Shown one piece after another: positions 18,082 through 25,544 of a stretch of 25,991 bases of DNA; the stretch's first letter is position 1; each line of letters starts with the position of its first letter. Position numbers and translations under genes: made by a program. This stretch comes from a virus (Duplodnaviria; Caudoviricetes), in IMG/VR virus record IMGVR_UViG_3300044676_000369, positions 1 to 25,991 of that record; one strand, given 5' to 3'. The notes under the pieces were generated by a model, which saw nothing but the letters and a program-made list of their open reading frames with translations, did not search any database and had not been told where the DNA came from.

Positions 18082-19541
18082 TAGTAATAAACCCTCTGTC
18101 TTATTTCTCTTTCTTTATCTTCATAATCATTATTTAACGAAACAAATCCGCCTTCGCGAAATCTCATTAAAGCTTGAGTCATAGTATCACATAAATCATC
18201 GTTAGCACCAAATGGAAATGATGCACATTCCTCTATCATATCCTCTGCAAAGGTCTTATTAGGAGCATATACCATTCCTGATTCAAAGATAGGAGCAACC
18301 GAGTGCATTCTAGAGTGTTTATCATGGCCTCTGGTTGGAGAGTAATTTACTACAGGAATACCTATTCGCCGTAGTTCTTGGGTAAGCGGAGTACCAGATG
18401 CTTTGGCTTCGATAAGAACCATATCGCATTCCCAATAAGTGTACTCACGCATAGCTATTTCTTTTAGCTCTGGAAAGTCCCATCGACCTTTTTGACAGTC
18501 TAATAATATTAAACAATCAGGAGCATCTTCTGAGGGTTTAAAAACACCCCAAGTAGATATAGCAGAGAAGTCAGCAGTTTGGTTTTTAGAAAAGGCAGTA
18601 TCGTATGACTGCATAATATATTTAACAGGTGGTATGCTTTTATGAGTCCAGCGCTTCCACCAGTCACGCTTAATAATAGCTCCTTCTTCTGCTGTGGGAT
18701 TTTGCATCCACTGAGCATTCCATTTGATTCCAGGAATAGAAGATTTAACTTTTAATAATTCATCTTTAGGCCAGAACTCAGGCCATAAAGGATTATCTGT
18801 TTCTGGGAAAATAGCAGGAAACTCTATCATTTCCCATTGATCTGCAAGTGCTTCTTTTTGAGACTCTAGCAACTTAGCTGTTAGATCTATAGAAGACCAA
18901 CGAGTCATTACCAATACTATGGCTCCACCAGGCTGTAAACGCTGTCTAGGTCCAGAGGTATACCATTCCCAAGCTGACTCTAAAGCGTTGGGGCTAAGAG
19001 CATCTTGTTCTGAATGAGGGTCATCAATAATCAATAAATCCGCACCCCTACCAGTAACAGCACCACCCACACCAGCTGCGAAGTATTCGCCGCCCTTGTT
19101 AGTTTCCCAACGTCCAGCTGATTTGTTATCGGCTTGGAGTTTAACTTCTGGGAAGACATCCTTGTATTCTTTTTGGTCCATCAAGTTTCTGACCTTACGA
19201 CCAAATCGTACGGCTAGTTCCCCTGTATGGGTTGTTTGCATAATCTTCATCTTAGGTTTCTTACCCATAATAAATGATGGGAAAAAAGTAGATGCAAATT
19301 CTGACTTGGTATGACGAGGAGGCATGTTAACAATTAAACGCTTAATTTCTCCTGTTGCTACTTTGTTAAGTTTTTCTGCAAAAATCTTATGATGACGACC
19401 ACATATAAATTCTGGCCACATATGTTCCACGTAGGACAAAAAATCGTTTTGGCATTTATCTTGGGTTTCAAAGCCGTCCAGCTTTTCTTTGAGCATTAGA
19501 GCTTCTTTCAGCTCTGTCTCGGTTAAATTTGAAAGATTCAT
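18081..19541 (-). CDS. terL: Terminase large subunit
   Basis: ATPase Walker A NMPPRHTKS, GRGADLLIIDDPH Walker B, VMTRW coupling motif; RNase-H-like nuclease with SYDTA, IEAKASG and DDLCD. Confidence 0.95.
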   Translation of the reverse strand: MNLSNLTETELKEALMLKEKLDGFETQDKCQNDFLSYVEHMWPEFICGRHHKIFAEKLNKVATGEIKRLIVNMPPRHTKSEFASTFFPSFIMGKKPKMKIMQTTHTGELAVRFGRKVRNLMDQKEYKDVFPEVKLQADNKSAGRWETNKGGEYFAAGVGGAVTGRGADLLIIDDPHSEQDALSPNALESAWEWYTSGPRQRLQPGGAIVLVMTRWSSIDLTAKLLESQKEALADQWEMIEFPAIFPETDNPLWPEFWPKDELLKVKSSIPGIKWNAQWMQNPTAEEGAIIKRDWWKRWTHKSIPPVKYIMQSYDTAFSKNQTADFSAISTWGVFKPSEDAPDCLILLDCQKGRWDFPELKEIAMREYTYWECDMVLIEAKASGTPLTQELRRIGIPVVNYSPTRGHDKHSRMHSVAPIFESGMVYAPNKTFAEDMIEECASFPFGANDDLCDTMTQALMRFREGGFVSLNNDYEDKEREIRQRVYY

Positions 19542-19948
19542 TTAGATTTATTTAATATATCTTCTATTTCTTCAATTTGTTTTCTTATTGGAGTAGCCTG
19601 GTTATCTATTCTTTTCATTGCAGAAGCAGCGGCTTGAGCTTCATCTGGGCCACCTTTTTCAAAGTTGTATTTTTCCCTTTTAAAATTAAATTCTAATTTT
19701 TTAAACATTTTATTTCTTTTTGCTAATTCTTCTAATAATTGAGTCCTAGTCATCTTAGCAAACAAACCACCAGGCAAAGCCATCATAGGATCACTTGTTA
19801 AACTGTTAATACCACCGCTTACAGCATCTGCTATTTTTTTACCGCTAGGGTTCATCATTTGATACAAAGGACCGCCAAAAGCTTCTCTTTGTTCTTGAAT
19901 ATTTAGAGGTGCAATTATAGATTCAACGTTTGGTAAATCTTCATTCAT
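19538..19948 (-). CDS. Hypothetical protein with C-terminal coiled coil
   Basis: 136 aa; ATGA overlap with the terL start (translational coupling); no recognisable TerS helix-turn-helix. Confidence 0.7.
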   Translation of the reverse strand: MNEDLPNVESIIAPLNIQEQREAFGGPLYQMMNPSGKKIADAVSGGINSLTSDPMMALPGGLFAKMTRTQLLEELAKRNKMFKKLEFNFKREKYNFEKGGPDEAQAAASAMKRIDNQATPIRKQIEEIEDILNKSK

Positions 19949-19951
19949 TTT

Positions 19952-20959
19952 TTAAGCTAAATATTGAATTTGTTGTCGCATACTTTCTGGGCCTTGAGTT
20001 TGCATCATAGGAGCAGGTCTTGCTACGTCATTGCTTCTTCTAAGCATCTGAATAGGCTGAGGTACTGGTCTAATACTATCTAAAGGAGGTCTTACTGGTC
20101 CACCTACTTGTATAGGCCTCGGTTGAGGTTTACCTATTTGTATAGGCATTGGTTGAGGCATCGGTCTATTAAACCCACCACCACCGCCTATACCACCATA
20201 ACTAGGGGGTTGCTGTCTAAATCCACCTCCAAATCCTCCGCCAAATCCACCGCCATACATCGGAGGTCTTTGACCGTATCCGCCTCCCATACCAGGGAAC
20301 ATACCGCCTATACCACCGCCGAATCCAGGTCCAAAGGGACTCCCGCCGCCGAACATTGGAGGCATTCTTCTGTAGCCGCCACCGCCGAAACCACCGCCCA
20401 TTCCTCCGCCGTAGCCACCGCCGTAGCCACCGCCGAATTGAGGAGGTTGCTGACCATAACCACCACCATAAGGATTGCCGCCACCAAATCCACCTCCGAA
20501 TCCACCACCGAATCCAGGTTGTTGCATACCGTATCCACCACCAAACTGAGGAGGTCTTTGCATACCAAAGCCACCGCCGCCGTATGGATTACCGTACATA
20601 CTACCACCAAATCCAGGTTGCTGTCCGAATCCGCCTCGGCTACCGCCGTAAGGATTATTGAATCCACCTCTATTACCAAAAGGATTAGGGAATGAGCCTA
20701 GTCCGCCTTGAGGGGGTCTTGGCATCATCATATTTTGAATAGGACCTCTTTGAAATTGAGCATTTCCAGCTCTCATATTTTGAACGGGTTGGATACCTTG
20801 CCTTCTTCTTAAATCATCGGAGTTTGTCAGATTTAATGTAGGAGAAGCAGGCTCTTGTTGTTGAGGCATACCTACAGCTGGTTGCATTATTTTCGCTTGT
20901 CCTTGGCCTCCTAGATTTGTTAGCCCCATACCTTGTTGATTTTGCATTTGAAACTGCAT
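19952..20959 (-). CDS. Gly/Pro/Gln/aromatic-rich low-complexity (prion-like, disordered) protein
   Basis: 335 aa with repeated GGFGGG, NPYGG, PPQFGGGYG and QQPGFGG; 1-nt overlap with the upstream gene. Confidence 0.8.
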   Translation of the reverse strand: MQFQMQNQQGMGLTNLGGQGQAKIMQPAVGMPQQQEPASPTLNLTNSDDLRRRQGIQPVQNMRAGNAQFQRGPIQNMMMPRPPQGGLGSFPNPFGNRGGFNNPYGGSRGGFGQQPGFGGSMYGNPYGGGGFGMQRPPQFGGGYGMQQPGFGGGFGGGFGGGNPYGGGYGQQPPQFGGGYGGGYGGGMGGGFGGGGYRRMPPMFGGGSPFGPGFGGGIGGMFPGMGGGYGQRPPMYGGGFGGGFGGGFRQQPPSYGGIGGGGGFNRPMPQPMPIQIGKPQPRPIQVGGPVRPPLDSIRPVPQPIQMLRRSNDVARPAPMMQTQGPESMRQQIQYLA

Positions 20960-21930
20960 TACATCATACCTTGTAGTTCTTGACCTATTTGATCAGGTGC
21001 TTGAGTTGATTGAGACTGTAGAACCATTTGCATTAGACTATCTATATCTTCATCGTCTAAGCCTTGTTCTTTTAAGAAAGCAACTAAGTCATCCTCAGAT
21101 ATACCCTCAGCTAGTAATTGTTGAACTACAGTAACAAGCTGTTGAATCATTGCCATTTCTTTTTCTGCGTTGCCAACTTCGGCCATAGCTTCTTCTTGAG
21201 ACATTGCCATACCAGCAAGTTCGTCGCCTATAGCTTCTCCGCCTTCCGCCATACCTTGAAGCGGGGGTTTTTTAGAATAATCTTCAATCCCCTTACTTAA
21301 TATTGCATTTATTTGAGGCTCTGGAATATTAGGGTATTTTTTAACTAATATATCTTTTAACATTTGAGCTGTCTGTCCTACATCAAATCCAGCTTGAGTA
21401 GAAAATGCTCTTTGAATCATTTGATTATCTTCAGGGGATATTCCCCCAACAGAACCTCCACTTGCATATACGCCTCTACCTTTTAAAATATCAGCTTGAG
21501 TAACTTGTCCGTCACCTGTTAGGTCTGGGAAGGAAGCTTCGCCTCCGTTTGAAAAATTATTTGGCATTGGAGGAACTTTCTCTTGAGGACCTGAAGATAT
21601 AGGTGATGCAATTCTATTAAGCATTCTAGAAGCAGGTTCACCAAAATCTTTTCCTGTCATTTGCTGAGAAAGAATTTGCCTATCTAAATTAGAAGATCCT
21701 CTGCTATTTAATTTATTAGAAAGCATCATATCAGCAATACCGCCCTGGATTTCTATTTTCTTTTTTTGCATTTTATCAATAGCATCCGCAATCATCTGCG
21801 CTCTTTGATTCTCACCATTTCTAACAGCCATCTCGTACTCTTTCATCATATTTTTAATTTCTGATTCAATCGCAAACATCTGGCCTTCTGGGCTTCTATC
21901 TTGCATTCTTGGTTCGTTGTCCATATTCAT
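20959..21930 (-). CDS. Met/Gln-rich hypothetical protein with EF-hand/dockerin-like loop and three xxxGG motifs
   Basis: 323 aa; FPDLTGDGQVTQADILKGRG loop; FSNGGEA, YASGGSV and MAEGGEA motifs; AAGGA SD. Confidence 0.75.
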   Translation of the reverse strand: MNMDNEPRMQDRSPEGQMFAIESEIKNMMKEYEMAVRNGENQRAQMIADAIDKMQKKKIEIQGGIADMMLSNKLNSRGSSNLDRQILSQQMTGKDFGEPASRMLNRIASPISSGPQEKVPPMPNNFSNGGEASFPDLTGDGQVTQADILKGRGVYASGGSVGGISPEDNQMIQRAFSTQAGFDVGQTAQMLKDILVKKYPNIPEPQINAILSKGIEDYSKKPPLQGMAEGGEAIGDELAGMAMSQEEAMAEVGNAEKEMAMIQQLVTVVQQLLAEGISEDDLVAFLKEQGLDDEDIDSLMQMVLQSQSTQAPDQIGQELQGMM

Positions 21931-21940
21931 AATTTATTCC

Positions 21941-23725
21941 TTATCTTAAGAAAGACCTGCCTCCGCCTCTTTTTCCACTAAATCCACCTAAACCACCATA
22001 ACTAATTGGTTTTTTAGGTTTTGTTGAAACAGGAGTTTTTGCTACTGGTTTTGGTTTTGCATATACAATTTTTTGTCCGCCTGCCTCTTTAGTTTTGTCT
22101 TCTACCATTTTTAACATACTAGGATTTCTAGGATTTGCTATTGGTTTTGTTAAAGCAGGACCGCCAATATTAATTGGTAATCCATCGCTATCACCTGGTC
22201 CAAAGACAGGACCGCCAACATCTCTAAAACCAGGGCCATCATCTATAAATAGCTGCGGAGGTTTTTTGTCTGGAGGTGGTTTATCGTAGAATCCTGGATC
22301 TCCTCCTCCTGGTCCAACTCCAGAAGATGGAGGTGTATCTGCTGGAGGTTGTCCAGCATCTTGTAACGCAGCAATCTGCGCCTGTAAATCTGCAATTGTT
22401 TGGTCCCTTTCGGTTACTTGACCTTGATATTGAGTGCTTTGACCTGTTAATTCATCTAACTGCGCTTGATAGTCTCCAGCTTGGGCGTCAAGTGCCTGGG
22501 CTTGCGCATCTGCAGATTCAGCTCTAATCGTATCTTGTTGGGCAATTGCCTCATCCCTTTCAGCTATAGCAGAGTCCCTTGCGCCAGTTAACCCATCTAT
22601 TTCACCTTGTAAGTCGCCAATAGTACCTTCTAGACCACCAACTATACCTGCTCGCTCTGTAAGAAGCTCTTGCTTGAGTCCTTCTAAAGCTTGGGCCTGT
22701 TGTTCAGCTGCTTGCGCTCTAATATTGTCTTGTTCTGCAATAGCTTGGTCACGCTCTGCAAGAGCGGCCTCTTGAGCAGATTCTATTTCAGCAATCCTTG
22801 CCTCTAACTCACCTCTTTCGCCGCCAAACTGTTGTTCCATCTGGGCAACTATTTGCTCACGCTCTTGGGTTAATTGTTGTTGTTGAGCCTCAAGCTCTGC
22901 AACACGCTGCTCATCACCCTGTTGGATGGCAAGTTCTTTGTCTATTTCTAACTGAGCGAGCTGTTCGTCCAAGCTAGTAATCTGCCCTTCTAATTCGCTA
23001 CGCTCTCCGCCGAACTCTTGTTCCATTTGAGAGACAAGTTGCTCTCTTTGAGCGGTAAGTTCTTGTTGTTGCGCTTCTAATTCAGCGACTCTTTGTTGAT
23101 CGCCAGCTGCAATAGCTTCTTGCTTAGATACTTCTAAATCTTGTAGTTGTTGGTCTAAACCTGAAATTTGTCCTTCAAACTCTTGTCTTTGGTCGGCAGT
23201 AACTTGCTCTGCTGCGGCTACGGCATCTATACCTTCAGCCTCTGCTTCAGCGACAGATGCTTCAAGTTGAGCTACTAGCTCCGCCCTCTGAGCATCTAAG
23301 GCAGCGATTTGCTCTTCAATAGCTTGCTGACTCATTTCATCTTGTTGTAAGAAAGCAGCTTCTAACTGTTTGGTTAAATCACTCTTGGTATTAATTAAAT
23401 CATCTATATTGCCTTGTAAGCTAGCAACCCTATCGCCAAAGAACTTTTCAGTCTCAGCAAGTCTTTGACCAAATGTGGCTCCTAGGGACTGAACATCCTC
23501 AAAAGGACGAGCAGATGATAATAGCTCTTCATTCTCTTCTTCTAAAAAAGGTAGTAAAGATGGCTGAACAAGCTCTTGTCTTTGTAATTGTCTTGGGGCG
23601 TATCCTTCTATTTGAAAATTTGAATTGACAGGTTCAACAGATGGAAGATCAATAGGACCCCTTACATCCGAACCTTTCTCAGGTAGATTCAAAAATGAAT
23701 AATCTGTATCAAATGGATTTGCCAT
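21941..23725 (-). CDS. Long acidic coiled-coil protein with 62-aa internal repeats and a Pro/Gly then basic C-terminal tail
   Basis: The ORF track starts at a TTG at 23746, but the ATG at 23725 (MANPF) is more likely. E/Q/A-rich heptads with two 62-aa repeats each ending FGGE. Confidence 0.8.
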   Translation of the reverse strand: MANPFDTDYSFLNLPEKGSDVRGPIDLPSVEPVNSNFQIEGYAPRQLQRQELVQPSLLPFLEEENEELLSSARPFEDVQSLGATFGQRLAETEKFFGDRVASLQGNIDDLINTKSDLTKQLEAAFLQQDEMSQQAIEEQIAALDAQRAELVAQLEASVAEAEAEGIDAVAAAEQVTADQRQEFEGQISGLDQQLQDLEVSKQEAIAAGDQQRVAELEAQQQELTAQREQLVSQMEQEFGGERSELEGQITSLDEQLAQLEIDKELAIQQGDEQRVAELEAQQQQLTQEREQIVAQMEQQFGGERGELEARIAEIESAQEAALAERDQAIAEQDNIRAQAAEQQAQALEGLKQELLTERAGIVGGLEGTIGDLQGEIDGLTGARDSAIAERDEAIAQQDTIRAESADAQAQALDAQAGDYQAQLDELTGQSTQYQGQVTERDQTIADLQAQIAALQDAGQPPADTPPSSGVGPGGGDPGFYDKPPPDKKPPQLFIDDGPGFRDVGGPVFGPGDSDGLPINIGGPALTKPIANPRNPSMLKMVEDKTKEAGGQKIVYAKPKPVAKTPVSTKPKKPISYGGLGGFSGKRGGGRSFLR

Positions 23726-24224
23726 ACGCCATATCATACCATTCAAAAGTCAAAAAAGTATAGAAAAAATTATTTCTGTATGGGTACCTTATTTGCAAAA
23801 ACCGTTTTGAAAAAAAATGTAGAAAAATTTTGCAGGCAAGTGTGAATCTTTTGGAGAAGAGTTTGAGCGAAGTGTCTCAAGCCTACCTGCAAAACCTTTG
23901 GGAAAATTATAACTGGAATAGGGTACCTTATACAAGTAAAAGTGGAATCCTAAAAAAATGGTAGATTTTGTAACTGTAATACTGTTCTTCTCCTAGTATA
24001 TAAAGTACCTAGTTATATTTTGGGGGGTGGGGGTTTTCTAATTATCCGACTTTGTCCGACCTTTTTTAGTCCTATAGAGTCCCAATTATTAAAGATCCGA
24101 CTAATAGATCCGATAGATCTATCGCCCCCTGGGGTCAAATCTTCCAGGGGATCCCCCCCACCTGGGCCGATCAACTGGGGAAGATCCAGGACAATATTCT
24201 TTTCTACTAAATAAAACTCCAGGC

Positions 24225-24250
24225 AAAAAAAAGGGAGACGCTAGTCTCCC
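24225..24250 (-). terminator. Rho-independent terminator of the leftward small-gene operon
   Basis: Minus strand GGGAGAC-UAGC-GUCUCCC followed by 8 U, 19 nt after the stop at 24270. Confidence 0.9.
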
Positions 24251-24269
24251 CTGATCCCGACTGCCCGAC

Positions 24270-24443
24270 CTATTGGCTAACTCTTAGATCCTCCTGATAA
24301 TATCCATCAAACCAAACACCCTGCTCTCGCGTATCGTCACGCTGACAATGGTCTTGGGCTTCCTCTAAGGTTAGGCCAGACTTGATCACCTTATGATGAT
24401 CAGGATCGTTATTATCAAAACAAAATCTCACTATCTTATACAT
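24270..24443 (-). CDS. Small phage early-type protein (57 aa)
   Basis: Not in the ORF track. MYKIVRFCFDNNDPDHHKVIKSGLTLEEAQDHCQRDDTREQGVWFDGYYQEDLRVSQ; GGAGG SD; ATG abuts the upstream stop; terminator follows. Confidence 0.8.
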   Translation of the reverse strand: MYKIVRFCFDNNDPDHHKVIKSGLTLEEAQDHCQRDDTREQGVWFDGYYQEDLRVSQ

Positions 24444-24812
24444 CTAACTAGCCCTCCTATCTAATTGATCAAATGCTTCTTCAGTTCTCTCAATCAAATA
24501 CATGTTTGGATAATACTCCAGGCAGATCTTGATCAGCCTGGGCGCTATCTTTAACAACCAAGGAAAGTTGGATCCGTCACACGCCAATATAGCTGAGGTT
24601 AGTTTTTTATATTCTAATGAATAATATGTAACTGGCGCCATATGAAGGTCGTAGTTACAAGCGTCATCTATTGCGCCTGCCCTGGTATCTGCGAGTCCTT
24701 GATCAACCAGGAGTTGACCAAGTAAGCTAAAGGATCCTGAGATTGGGGTATCTCTGACCATATCATTCAGGCGTTGTATTAACGCCTGGTTTCTTTCTTG
24801 TATTGTTTTCAT
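24444..24812 (-). CDS. Hypothetical early protein
   Basis: 122 aa; AGGAGG SD; abuts genes on both sides. Confidence 0.7.
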   Translation of the reverse strand: MKTIQERNQALIQRLNDMVRDTPISGSFSLLGQLLVDQGLADTRAGAIDDACNYDLHMAPVTYYSLEYKKLTSAILACDGSNFPWLLKIAPRLIKICLEYYPNMYLIERTEEAFDQLDRRAS

Positions 24813-25166
24813 TTAAAAATCCTCCTTTACTAATTGAACATCTAACTTATAACCAGCTAGTAATTCTGTTAACTGATCATCTAACTGTTGGATCTTATCT
24901 AGATCTAACTTGGCCTCTATATCTGCAACGATATTATTAATATCTATATCTTCAATTTTATCAAAAGCAGAATCCCAATCATCAGATTTATATTCTAGAT
25001 CATCAACAGTTCCTATATAGTCATCAAATTTAGATGTTAATCCGTCCAGATCATACTTTTTGTTTAGATCATAAATAACAGCGTCAACTGTCCCAGGTTG
25101 TAGCTGGGTTATTCTTAGATCCATTAGACCTTCCAGACCTAGCCATTTTATTATTAAGTTCTTCAT
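24813..25166 (-). CDS. Acidic hypothetical early protein
   Basis: 117 aa, Asp-rich; ACGGAG SD; first gene after the leftward promoter. Confidence 0.75.
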   Translation of the reverse strand: MKNLIIKWLGLEGLMDLRITQLQPGTVDAVIYDLNKKYDLDGLTSKFDDYIGTVDDLEYKSDDWDSAFDKIEDIDINNIVADIEAKLDLDKIQQLDDQLTELLAGYKLDVQLVKEDF

Positions 25167-25211
25167 AATTTACACTCCGTAAATGCCCAGGGGTTATTCC
25201 CTGGTATATGA

Positions 25212-25241
25212 ATTATAAGTCATATTATACAGATAGTACAC
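25212..25241 (-). promoter_or_regulatory. Leftward promoter (twin 1)
   Basis: Minus strand GTGTACTATCTGTATAATATGACTTATAAT with a perfect TATAAT; 27/30 identical to 25515-25544. Confidence 0.7.
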
Positions 25242-25368
25242 TAATTCTTGAGTGATCCCCTGGAGGATCCTGGAGGATCTTGCAGCCGAGCTTCTAAAGA
25301 TCTTTTTTTTCTTATTTATTAATATATACGGCATTTTCTTTTCTTTTGTTCTAGTCCTTTAATAGAAA

Positions 25369-25450
25369 CCCGACACCCGACACTTCATATTCAACCCGAC
25401 TCCCGACAACCCGACAGCAAAAACGCTATATATTTTTATATGCACCCGAC
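25369..25450 (+). repeat. Cluster of six CCCGAC direct repeats
   Basis: CCCGAC at 25369, 25376, 25395, 25402, 25410 and 25445, within AT-rich intergenic DNA. Confidence 0.85.
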
Positions 25451-25514
25451 AACCCCCCTAGATGCTATTAATTGATTATATGAATACTTATATAGAACAT
25501 ATCCAACTATAGTT

Positions 25515-25544
25515 GTGTACTATCTGTATAAAATAGCTTATAAT
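25515..25544 (+). promoter_or_regulatory. Rightward promoter (twin 2)
   Basis: GTGTACTATCTGTATAAAATAGCTTATAAT with a perfect TATAAT, 33 nt before the ATG at 25578; ACGGAG SD. Confidence 0.7.

Noticed and set aside
20108-20695. Overlapping ORFs 20108-20695 (+), 20308-20679 (-) and 20356-20661 (+)
   Set aside because: Alternative-frame products of the Gly-codon repeats, which lack stop codons; only the 19952-20959 frame is coupled to its neighbours.
5360-22527. Other short plus-strand or nested ORFs (e.g. 5360-5635, 9674-9868, 11188-11667, 13378-13803, 18509-18718, 22276-22527)
   Set aside because: They lie opposite or inside well-supported minus-strand genes in a tightly packed operon.
24020-24214. 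64-aa plus-strand ORF
   Set aside because: TTG start inside a G-tract, no SD, and it runs through a repeat-rich region better explained as cis-acting DNA.
25369-25450. CCCGAC cluster as a mini-CRISPR
   Set aside because: Repeats are only 6 nt with irregular 1-29 nt gaps.
25515-25544. LexA SOS box in the twin promoters (CTGTATA half-site)
   Set aside because: No matching CAG half-site at the CTG-N10-CAG spacing in either copy.
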